This document shows, piece after piece, positions 10,690 to 20,340 of a stretch of 64,000 bases of DNA. How positions within the stretch are numbered: position 1 is the stretch's first letter; each line of letters opens with the position of its first letter. The notes beneath the pieces were generated by a model. That model saw nothing but the letters and a program-made list of their open reading frames with translations. It had not been told where the DNA came from and did not search any database. Source of the DNA: Nemertoderma westbladi (taxonomy: Eukaryota; Animalia; Xenacoelomorpha); NCBI GenBank assembly GCA_032718475.1, contig JAUCBJ010005958.1:21146-85145 (forward strand), given 5' to 3'. The translations under genes and the position numbers were made by a program.

Positions 10690-13600
10690 ATGTCTCAGGG
10701 CTCAGGGCAGTCGTCGTCCCAACGGTGCTGTCAGTGTGGGATCCGCGCTTGTACCACTTCTAGTCGTTGTCGTTGTGTCCGTGCCGGGCAACCCTGCACC
10801 AGCTGCTCGCCTTTGTCTGTTGGCAATTGCCTGAACCCGCATCTCATATCGGGGGCCTCCATTAGTCCCATAGTGGATGACACTCTGCCGCATGAATCCA
10901 CTGGCGACAACTCGGATGGGGATAGCTCGGATACTGATTCGTTTTCGAGTGCGATAATGCAGATAACTCAGATTCCCCGAGTCGTCGACACCGTTTTTCC
11001 TCCGTTATCTTTGCCTGGGAGTGCGAGTTCTCCTCCTTTCCCTACCACTGTGGAGCTTTTGGAGTCGGCCTTCGGTGGCCAGTGGTTAAACTCTCCTGGC
11101 TCTTCCACCGATCCGTATTGGGAGGCCAATTATTCCCGCCTCACCTGCCTTACTTGTTGCCAGTATATTGTGCCGGGTGGCAATGTGGGACGCAAAATCG
11201 CCGACTTAGTCGCTCGCGAGCTGGTATTTCTGACGGACGGTATCCACCCCTCGGAACGATCACTCTGTTGCGTGGCTACCATATTCCAGCGAGACCCAGA
11301 CGTGACAAAAAGTGCGGATATTCGGCGTACTATGCTGCGCCGGATTGGCATGTGGGAGCGAGAGGAGTATAAGCAGCTGGTGGTGGAGGCGGAGCGCTGC
11401 AGCTCCAAGTTCGCTAAGTCCCGGGGATCGGCAAAAGTAAACCCGGGTCGGTTGTATAATCGGAAAATACTGGTGGGACAGAATCGGGCGGCAGTTCGTC
11501 TCATTACCGAGAGGGACAGTGGTGGAATTTTAGACCCCAATTCCCAGGCAGAGGGGCGAGCACCTGGGATTACCGTACGTGAGGTTCTGGCGGAAAAACA
11601 TCCCCCTCAGATGCAGGTTTCGCCGGACGCGTTTGAACCCTGTGACGACCTACCAGCCTTCGAGGATGTCGACATTACTGGTCAGCACGTCCTCAAGGTT
11701 ACTCGAGTGCTACGTGGTGGAGCTGGTCCGATCGGCGGAGACGCCGAATTATGGAGTGCGTTGCTTACCCGCTACGAGGCGCACAGCTCCCGCCTCAGGG
11801 AGGCCGTCGCCGGGTTGGCTCGACGCCTCGCCAACTCGGTGGTACCTTGGGGCGAGATCCGCGCGCTGCGTGCCTGTCGCCTCGTCGCAATTGACAAGGA
11901 ACCCGGTGTCCGCCCCATCGGCATTGGGGAGGTCCTGTACCGGCTGCTGACTAACTGCCTCACAGCCGCCACCAAGATGGATTTCATCGTGGAATGCGGG
12001 GCGGATCAACTCTGTGCGGGTGTTAAGGCGGGTGTTGAGGGCGCCGTCCATGCGATGGCTTCATTGTATGAGGACGACTCCACCGAGGGGATGCTCCTCG
12101 TAGACGCCTCTAATGCCTTTAACAGTTTGAGTCGCCCCGTGGCCCTGTGGAATGCGCGGGTCTACTGGCACCGGTGTTCCCGTTACCTCTTTAATGCATA
12201 CAACGGCCACGCCGCTCTCTTCTTACAAGGGTCTGATGTACCGCTCTGGAGCAGGGAAGGGTACACCCAGGGCGACCCGGCCGCCATGCTTGGGTATGGC
12301 TGTGGGACCCTTCCCATGATACGGAGGCTACGGGACATCCGGAGACCTGAGTGTCCTGGCAACCCGCCGTCGTCCCTACCTGGCATCCCTTCGTCGACCC
12401 TGCCTGGTAACCTGCCGTCGACCCTGCACGGCGACTCGCCATCGACCGTACCCTGCAACTCGCTGTCGACACTATCCGGTAACTCGCCGTTGACCTTACC
12501 CGGCAACCCGCAGTCGACCCTACCCGGCAACCCGCCGTCGACGCTACCCGACAACCCGCTGTCGACCCTACCCGGCAACCCGCCGTTGACCCTATCCGGC
12601 AACCCGCCGTCGACCCTATCTGGTAACCCACCGTTGATCCTACCTGGCAACCCGCCGTCGACCCTACCCGACATCCCGCCGTCGACCCTACCCGGCAACC
12701 CGCTGCTGACCCTACCCGGCAACCCGCCATCGTCCCTGCTTGGCGACCCGCCGTCTACCTTACCCGATAACCCGCCGTCGACCCTACCCGGCAACCCGCC
12801 GTCGACCCTACCCGGCAATCTGCCGTCGACCCTGCCTGGGGACCCACTGTCAACCCTACCCGGCAACCCACCGTCGTCCCTGCTTGGCGACCCGCCGTCT
12901 ACCTTACCCGATAACCCGTCATTGACCCTACCTGGCAACCCGCCGTCGACCCTACCTGGAAATCCGCCGTCGACCCTGCCTGGTGACCCGCCGTCAACCC
13001 TACCCGGCAACCCGCCATCGACCCCGCCTGGCGACCCAACACCGCACCACCAAAGACAGTGCTGGTATGCCGATGATGCCTCATCTGCTGGTTCCCTCGC
13101 TGGTGTGCTCCGTTGGTGGGAGGAGTTGCTCCTCAGTGGACCCCGAATTGGGTACAACCCGGAGCCCACCAAGTCCTACTTGGTGGTGAAACCGGCGTAT
13201 GTTGAGCAGGCACACGAGATGTTTGGGAGGTCGGGCGTTCGGATCGTCTCCGGTCACAGGTTTCTGGGCGGTTATGTTGGTGATTCCCAGGGGCTACGGG
13301 GTTTCATCGCGGAGAAAGTTGCGGGGTGGGTCTACAGTATCGGTAGATTGGCGGAGGTGGCCGAGGATTATCCCCAGACCGCTCATACGGGAATGTCCCG
13401 CTGCTTACAAGCGGAGTGGGACTTCCTGCTCCGGGTGGTTGAAATCGACGATGAGGATTTGGCTCCGATCCGGGAGGCGCTGCAGCACAGTTACATCCCG
13501 GCATTGTTCGGGATACCCCTTGGTGCTGTTGACGAAGACTTGGTTCTTTTGCCAGTCCGACACGGTGGGATCGGGATTCGGGACCCGTTAATGCGACGGT

Positions 13601-14592
13601 GCCACGCTAGAGAGGCGTCGCTGGCCGGCACAGCTGGGGTGGTTGATGCGCTGCTGTCGGACCGCCCCCTCCAGGTCGCAGACCACGCCACGTGTCTCGC
13701 GTCGGCCCTCGCTGAAAGCCGCATTACCCAAGAAGCGGCTTACAAGGCGAGACTGGAGTCCGCCCTCCTCGCTGTTCCTGCCGAACGGCGCCGCACGGTG
13801 GAGCGCACGGTCTCCCACAAGACGGGAGGGTGGCTGACCGCTCAGCCTTCGGCGGTGGACCACACCGACCTGGACCCCGAAGTGTTCCGGGACAACCTTG
13901 CCTTGCGGTATGGGTTGACGCCGCCCGGCCTCCCGGCTAAGTGCGAGGGGTGTGGGGAGTCTTTTTCGACGTCCCACGCCCTTAATTGCAAGTCGGGGGG
14001 CTTGATTATCAAGCGGCACAACGAGGTGCGGGAGGTCTTCGGGGACTTAATCGCGTCCGCGTTCGGGGGCTCGTGCGTCCAGCGTGAGGTTACGCTGGCG
14101 TCCGGCTACCTGGACAGACAGGGCCGCGAGGTGGGTGGAGTAAGGGCGGACCTTCTGGCGAGGGGAGTCTGGGCCGAACAGAGGGTGGCGTCATTTGACA
14201 TTGCGGTTGTAAACGCTGACGCCCCCTCTTATGTTAACCGGTCCCTAGACTCCGTTCTCCAGCAGAGGGTCCGCGCCAAGAAGGTACACTATGCCGCAGT
14301 GTGCGAGGACCGTCGGATCTCCTTCACCCCCCTAGTCGGAACCACCGACGGGGTGTGGTGCAAGGAGGCCGATATCCTAATCCGCCACCTCGCGGAGACC
14401 CTGGTGGCCCGGCAGCGTGGGATGCGCGAGCGAGGCCTAGCCTGTGTGCTGGGCGGAGTGCGGAGGCGCCTATTGTTTGCGCTGCTGCGCTCAAACTCCC
14501 TGTGCCTGCGTGGCGGTAGGCGGCCATGGAGGGCGCTCGGGTTTGGGGACGGTGCCGGTCTGCGGGGGTTTGACCTCCAAGACCGGTACTGA
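10690..14592 (+). CDS. Intact single ORF of a CRE-clade-like non-LTR retrotransposon (Cys-rich N-terminus, RT, CCHC knuckle, restriction-like endonuclease)
   Basis: First ATG at 10690. RT motifs GVRPIGIGE, LLVDASNAFN, QGDP, WYADD and FLGG; CEGCG..HALNC zinc knuckle; RHNEV and RADL..FDIAV PD-(D/E)xK RLE motifs. No stops over about 1300 aa, and GC-rich relative to the flanks. Confidence 0.9.
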   Translation: MSQGSGQSSSQRCCQCGIRACTTSSRCRCVRAGQPCTSCSPLSVGNCLNPHLISGASISPIVDDTLPHESTGDNSDGDSSDTDSFSSAIMQITQIPRVVDTVFPPLSLPGSASSPPFPTTVELLESAFGGQWLNSPGSSTDPYWEANYSRLTCLTCCQYIVPGGNVGRKIADLVARELVFLTDGIHPSERSLCCVATIFQRDPDVTKSADIRRTMLRRIGMWEREEYKQLVVEAERCSSKFAKSRGSAKVNPGRLYNRKILVGQNRAAVRLITERDSGGILDPNSQAEGRAPGITVREVLAEKHPPQMQVSPDAFEPCDDLPAFEDVDITGQHVLKVTRVLRGGAGPIGGDAELWSALLTRYEAHSSRLREAVAGLARRLANSVVPWGEIRALRACRLVAIDKEPGVRPIGIGEVLYRLLTNCLTAATKMDFIVECGADQLCAGVKAGVEGAVHAMASLYEDDSTEGMLLVDASNAFNSLSRPVALWNARVYWHRCSRYLFNAYNGHAALFLQGSDVPLWSREGYTQGDPAAMLGYGCGTLPMIRRLRDIRRPECPGNPPSSLPGIPSSTLPGNLPSTLHGDSPSTVPCNSLSTLSGNSPLTLPGNPQSTLPGNPPSTLPDNPLSTLPGNPPLTLSGNPPSTLSGNPPLILPGNPPSTLPDIPPSTLPGNPLLTLPGNPPSSLLGDPPSTLPDNPPSTLPGNPPSTLPGNLPSTLPGDPLSTLPGNPPSSLLGDPPSTLPDNPSLTLPGNPPSTLPGNPPSTLPGDPPSTLPGNPPSTPPGDPTPHHQRQCWYADDASSAGSLAGVLRWWEELLLSGPRIGYNPEPTKSYLVVKPAYVEQAHEMFGRSGVRIVSGHRFLGGYVGDSQGLRGFIAEKVAGWVYSIGRLAEVAEDYPQTAHTGMSRCLQAEWDFLLRVVEIDDEDLAPIREALQHSYIPALFGIPLGAVDEDLVLLPVRHGGIGIRDPLMRRCHAREASLAGTAGVVDALLSDRPLQVADHATCLASALAESRITQEAAYKARLESALLAVPAERRRTVERTVSHKTGGWLTAQPSAVDHTDLDPEVFRDNLALRYGLTPPGLPAKCEGCGESFSTSHALNCKSGGLIIKRHNEVREVFGDLIASAFGGSCVQREVTLASGYLDRQGREVGGVRADLLARGVWAEQRVASFDIAVVNADAPSYVNRSLDSVLQQRVRAKKVHYAAVCEDRRISFTPLVGTTDGVWCKEADILIRHLAETLVARQRGMRERGLACVLGGVRRRLLFALLRSNSLCLRGGRRPWRALGFGDGAGLRGFDLQDRY
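12355..13038 (+). repeat. 24-bp coding minisatellite (~28 units, consensus PGNPPSTL)
   Basis: Unit CCCGGCAACCCGCCGTCGACCCTA repeated in frame; a 144-bp block is duplicated (landmarks 12733 and 12877). Confidence 0.95.
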
Positions 14593-15885
14593 ATCCAAGT
14601 TTTAGACTTGTGTTTGGTGGAGGGATGTAAAAATTCTTACTAAATTTAATTTTGGTGGTGGTGGAAATTAAAATTAAAAATTGTATTTGTACAGGATAAC
14701 TCCAAAATTTAAATTTGAATTACATAATTTGTACTTTTGGTAAATAATTAAATAATATTTCGAGGCTTAGAAGCGAAACATTTTCATATATTATATCTTT
14801 ATTGTGGTTGACTGTGGTTATTAATCTTATTCTGTCTTATGTAAGACAAAGTTATTTTATTTCCTACTGTACATAAATAGCAAAATGAACATTGTTACAG
14901 TATTACCGTAGTACAGTGCAACACAATCTGAATTACCGGTAGTGCATTAGTAGGCCTATATTTTCTATCACGAATTATGAGAAACAAATAAATACTGTAG
15001 TAATAAATCACTTCCGAATGAGAAGAATTCATCCATTTCAAAGGCTTTTCAGACAGATGTATAGCTCGAGAAAGGATGCGATGTAGTGATAGCAATCATT
15101 AGTGAGTCAGCTTACGTCGACATAGCAACGAAATGCAGCGGATTAATGGAATAAATTAAATATATACTGTACGCCTCTACACGATAATATGGACAGCTGT
15201 GACATATCTTAACATAGTGTAGCATTCAACAGTTAATCTATTCTAATTCATAGGGAAGTGAAACCAAGACTTAGGCTGTTTGGTGTGGAAAACATTTTAA
15301 ACTATCGATTGTTTCATTTAATTGGGTGGTGACAATTCAAAAACATTTGAGGGGATTATCGACGGAAATAATTCCACAGTTAATTACTCCCGAAATAAAA
15401 CTGTTACCTTTCTATTGACTTTCGTTTATTGTTTGGGTTGGAACAACGTGGATTTGACTTCCTATGTTTTTTTCATTTATAAATAAAATTATGTTAAAAA
15501 TACTCTTTGTTGAGGCGTGTCAAATCGATAAAAGTAATATTTTGCTATTAATAACTTTATTACAGTACTTAATTACATATTACATTATGACCCAAACGAA
15601 AACAGTATGTGCCATGGCAAAACTCTGAGGTTACTTGTAAGAGAGAAGATCTTAAGATAACCTACAAACTTAAAACCGAACAACCAACAACCGAAAACAT
15701 TAATCGTATTAAACCCCGGGGGGGGGGGGGGGGTAAATATGAACCCCCCCGTGGTTTATTTGTTATAATTCTAAAACAAACGCAGTTGGGAATCTGAAAT
15801 TTTTTGACTTTTCCTAAAAATCTATTGTTTAATATGTTATAGTACATTATGATAATGCTCTCCATGGCGAAAAATATAGGCTCGA

Positions 15886-15929
15886 ACCCGGTACCTAGGT
15901 TTCAAACTTCCGGTTATCATCAGCCGAGT
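15886..15929 (-). ncRNA. Putative minimal type I hammerhead ribozyme
   Basis: ACUCGG-CUGAUGA-U AAC CGGAA GUU U-GAAA-CCUAGG-UA|CCGGGU: 6-bp helix I, intact core, palindromic helix III (ACCUAGGU) and a GUA triplet. Helix II is weak (U-U closing). Confidence 0.6.
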
Positions 15930-16103
15930 GTGTGTCCTCTAAGACCACTGAGCTACCAGGGCGGTAGAAGATTTATTCGCTATGGAGTGGGCTACGTTGT
16001 ACTTTCCTATGAGTGATTGAAAAAAGGCCTAAATATGATAGCCCACTCCATAGCGAATAAATCTTCTACCGCCCTGGTTGCTCAGTTGTCTTAGAGGACT
16101 CAC

Positions 16104-16147
16104 ACTCGACTGATGATAACCGGAAGTTTGAAACCTAGGTACCGGGT
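16104..16147 (+). ncRNA. Putative minimal hammerhead ribozyme, second copy
   Basis: Same core (CTGATGA 16110-16116, GAAA 16130-16133, GTA 16139-16141), with one mismatch in helix I next to the core. Confidence 0.5.
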
Positions 16148-19100
16148 TCGAGCCCCAATAGGGGCGGTTGATATTTTTCGCTATGGAGGAGCATTATCAT
16201 AATGTACTATAACATATTATATTTAATTCGCCGTCACCCACCCCACAACAATTCATTTATAAAAATCTATTGTCTTCCTAGTAGTGAAAACCGTTTTCAA
16301 AAATATTGGGTAGATTTCGAATTATCGCACCATTTTTTAACCCTACTTTTGGCACTTTTTTGAGGCGTGTTTTGAAAATTATATTTCATTAAATATGATT
16401 TGTAACATCTCTATTTTTGATTTACACCGGTTTTTTGGTGTTAGCTATTGTATGGAATTCATATAAATTAATTTAGAAGTTTAGTTGTTTATAAGAGATT
16501 TAGATTTTTGTTCTGAATTCAATGGAATATATAATTATCGAACTAGACATCTTAAACTTGTATTTTTCGGAAGTGGGTGCAAAATGTGGTGCTAGCACCA
16601 AATTTTGAAAACCATCAAATATATCAATTGATTGTGTCACCTTGTTTTTTGCGTTATACGGGTTTGTGAGTGTTCTGAATTGAATGGAATCAGTAAAAAT
16701 TTCCTAAGAGTTTTCAAACTTGTATTTTTCGCCGGTGGGTGAAAATTGTTGTGCCAGCACCAAATTTGAATCTGAAAATATGAATTTATAGAATCTTATA
16801 AGTGAATTTAAAATTTTGTGTTCTAACTGAAAAGTGCTGGTTACTTGTTTTTTTCATTTTTTTCCCACGCAGAGAGGACTAAACAGCTATTTATAGTAAT
16901 CATATCCTTTTTAAATATTTTCCAATGAATTTTGCGCCCCAGAAAACCTGTATTGAAAAACAATTAGCCGAAAAATGTAACTTTCAAATTTTGTGAAAAT
17001 TGTGCACTACTTGTAATTTTTGTGCTGCAATATAACCACCCCAGTACATTTTTTCGAAAATGTTTTTGGTCGGATCCAGACTAGTGATACCTACGTACAA
17101 ACAAAAAATCAGACGTTTTTGTAAAAATTTGTTGAGAAGTGGAAAAATCACTTCAGCAACTTGCTTGGGCAGCCACCAAACATCGAGGTCAGCCCTACAA
17201 GGAAAATACATGACAAGACACTACACTATCTATAGAAACAGGGGACTTCACACTTGCCGAACTCCAAAGAAGCATTAAAAGCATGTCCAATAATAAATCG
17301 AGTGGATTAGATGAAATCCCAGCGGAGGTATGGAAAACCGGAAAACCGGAAAACAGACCATTATTGAATGTTTGCAACCGGATGTTAAAAGGGGAAAAGC
17401 CAACACCAATTTGGACTAAAGGTCAACTAAAGCCTCTTCCCAAGAAAGGAGACCTCGGCATACCAACAAACTATCGTGGGATCTGTCTGCTTGTGGTAGC
17501 TGCCAAAATATACAATAAAATGATTCTATATAAGATTAGGCCTCACATAGAGAAACTACTGCGTAAGAGCCAAACGGATTTCGACCAAGTAGATCAACAA
17601 TAGCTCAGATACTTGCACTACGGAGAATGATTGAAGGAATTAAGTCAAAGAATCTCCCCGCAGTCATGACTTTTGTGGATTTCAAGAAGGCATTCGACTC
17701 CATCCATAGAGTTAAAATGCTTGAAATCCTAAGAGCTTATGGAATACCAGAAGTAATTGTTGCTGGCATTGGATTGTTATATTGTGACACAGAAGCGCAG
17801 GTACTCTCACCAGATGGTGAAACTGAGTTTTTCTCAATCCTGGCTGGCGGACTGCAAGGTGAGACATTAGCACCATTACTATTTGTAATTGTGCTGGATT
17901 ATGCGATGAGGACGGCCACAAAGGGTGAAGATCTGGGATTCCACTTAAGAATGCAGAAGCAGTATAAATCCGGCAACTACAGTCACAGACACCGACTTTG
18001 CGGATGACATCGCCCTGCTCTCTAATACGCTAGCAGATGCACAGCTTCAACTAAATAAAGTGGAGAGGGCTGCTAAGGAGGTTGGATTGCATATAAATGC
18101 TACCAATACCGAATTCATGACCTTTAATGTTGATGGAAACCTGACAACCATTGATAATAATCAACTAAGGAAGGTCGACGACTTCCAGTACCTTGGATCA
18201 TGGATAGAGAGTAGTAAAAAGGACATAGAAGTTAGGAAAGCAAAGGCTTGGGTAGCTCTATCAAAAATGGATACCATCTGGAAATCAGATCTCACCAGGC
18301 ACCTGAAGACTAAGTTATTTCAAGCCACAGTGTAAAGTGTATATTTATACGGGGGTGAGACCCGGACACTGACTAAATCACTTGAACAACGAATTGATGG
18401 TTGCTACACACGACTACTAAGGGCAGCCCTAAACATCAGCTGGAGACAACACATGACAAACGCCGAGCTTTATGGTACAATACCACCTGTATCAACCACC
18501 ATCCGTGAACGCAGATTAAGATTCAGTGGGCACTGCTGGCGAAGTAAAGACGAGGTCATACCAGATCTACTTCTCTGGCAACCAACTCATGGAAAGCGTA
18601 GCCGTGGACGACCTGCCATAACATATGTAGATCAACTTGAAAGGGATACTGAACTTGGGAGAAACGAAATTGCGACAACTATGGAGAATCGGGAAGCCTA
18701 GAAGGATCTCATTTCCACTGTCCGAGTTCGCTCGACCTAGTAGTAGTACATTATGATTTACCGAGAGAAAGCCGCCCCAATATTAGATTATTACAACAAC
18801 ATATCCATTGGGTAAGAAAGTGGAGGAGAGCCAGCCCGTCTCTTAATTTTTTACTTTATATTACGCGATCAATTTTCACTCATCTCGTCATGAACCCAAC
18901 ATGTATGTAACCTTTTGTTAAATTTGTTGGCTATGCGTTTGCGGTTGTTTGGGCGGAGTGTGGTAGGCCTACACTTTTCACACTTAAATATTTTGGTTGT
19001 GAAATGTTACAGGGCATAGCTATCTGAGATATTTCATTTATATTTTATTATGAGAGGAAGAAGAACATACAACGTTATTTACTATATATGTAACAAAATA

Positions 19101-20267
19101 ATTGTTTTCGGGTTTAACTTGGAAGCCTCCCCAAATAGTTGATATACAATTATATTTAAAATTATTTCCATGGTCATGGTCATTCACCCGTCTTTAGTTA
19201 GAAATTTGTTTGCATGAAAGACAGTTTAGTTTAGTTTTTACTGATTTATTATCTCTTATCTGACTGGGGTAATAATAAAGGATAGGATAAATGGAAGCAA
19301 AGTGTGACAGTAACAAATATTTCCCCGTCACCCTAGCATGTCTTAAGTATATGATATATCAAAGGGGGAAGTTTGGATTCACTGCATAAATGCAGTTCAC
19401 CAAACTTCCCCCGAATGCACACTGTAACTTCCCCCTTCCCCCAAATACCCACTGTTGAATTAATTTGAAGCGATATAATAAGTACAAAATTGTGCGAGTT
19501 TTTAATTGTGTGGTCCATTTGTTATTTGATCTCTATTTATTATTTAAAGTGCATTTAATATCACACTGGTTTTTAGAATATTATACTATACAACCTTATG
19601 TTTTATTAATTTACCCAATCGAAGCCTCATAAGGGCCGGTTATTTGTACGCATATCCCCTAATGCGCTCAGTAAGGTTCAAACAACATATTAATATGAAA
19701 ATAAAGTATCTGCAAAGAAAATAACCCAATACTATATAATTTGACCTTATTAAAAAATTTGCACTTTTGCACACTTATTTGTACAAATGCACTTTAGCAG
19801 ATCGTAATGGTGGCTCTTATTTAACAAACTTATGTTTATCCTCTACCGATCTACGATGGTGTATGATCAAGTGTCAGTCGCTAAAAGTGTCAAAAATCCA
19901 ATTTAATAAATCTCGATTTGCGATTTTGGACCATATTCATGGACATTTTAAGTCACTTTATAGACATAAAAAGTTAAACAAATGTTACGATTATAGTTAG
20001 AAATCATTCCAAACTACATTTTAATCCAAAAAATAACATTCTACGATGAATAGAACTGGAAATAATAGTGTTTGAAATATCGAAAAAATGTCCACTATTT
20101 AAGTGCATTTTGCACTAAGTGCTCATAAGTCTTTTCCCAAGTTTTATCCTATTTCACACACTACAATCTATTCTCTGTCCAATGAAAAAAGTTTCAGATT
20201 AAACGGCCCTGTAGAACCGAAGTTATTTATGTTTAAAAATAGTCACTCGAAAATTTCAAATTCTCTT

Positions 20268-20340
20268 GGTCACATAGTCTAGTGGTTATCAATCACGTTA
20301 ATGAAACCTAAGTTCGCGGGTTCGAAATCCAATATTGACC
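20268..20340 (+). pseudogene. tRNA-like / SINE-head remnant
   Basis: A-box-like TAGTCTAGTGG, B-box-like GGTTCGAAATCC and GGTCA/TGACC terminal pairing; no clean anticodon arm. Confidence 0.45.

Larger units (their letters stand above)
15829..16259. mobile_element. Foldback insertion made of two inverted tRNA-like/hammerhead units
   Basis: Arms at 15830-15994 and 16039-16219 with a 44-bp spacer. 14-bp TSD TAAAAATCTATTGT at 15815-15828 and 16260-16273; the empty site is seen in the 6507-7996 copy at about 7881-7894. Confidence 0.85.
15704..17130. mobile_element. Second, inverted, one-end-truncated copy of the piggyBac MITE
   Basis: Reverse-complement similarity to 6580-7996. It starts after TTAA (15700-15703) with a decayed TIR (TCGTATTAAACCCCGGG); the other TIR is missing. 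Confidence 0.8.
15585..18748 (+). mobile_element. Degenerate RTE retrotransposon (family B), interrupted at 15704-17130
   Basis: 15585-15703 matches the reverse complement of 42830-42945. The RT resumes at about 17131 (PKKGDL..NYRGI, FVDFKKAFDS, QGETLAP, FADD, FQYLGSW, RGRP) with frameshifts and stops. (TAG)n tail at 18738-18748. Confidence 0.85.

Noticed and set aside
12355-13038. Intein or intron within the RT
   Set aside because: No intein terminal motifs (HN-C/S/T) or endonuclease domain, and no convincing splice signals.
12183-13172. 329-aa antisense ORF and other ORFs overlapping the CRE-like element
   Set aside because: These are by-products of a GC-rich 24-bp repeat and of codon structure; no independent evidence.
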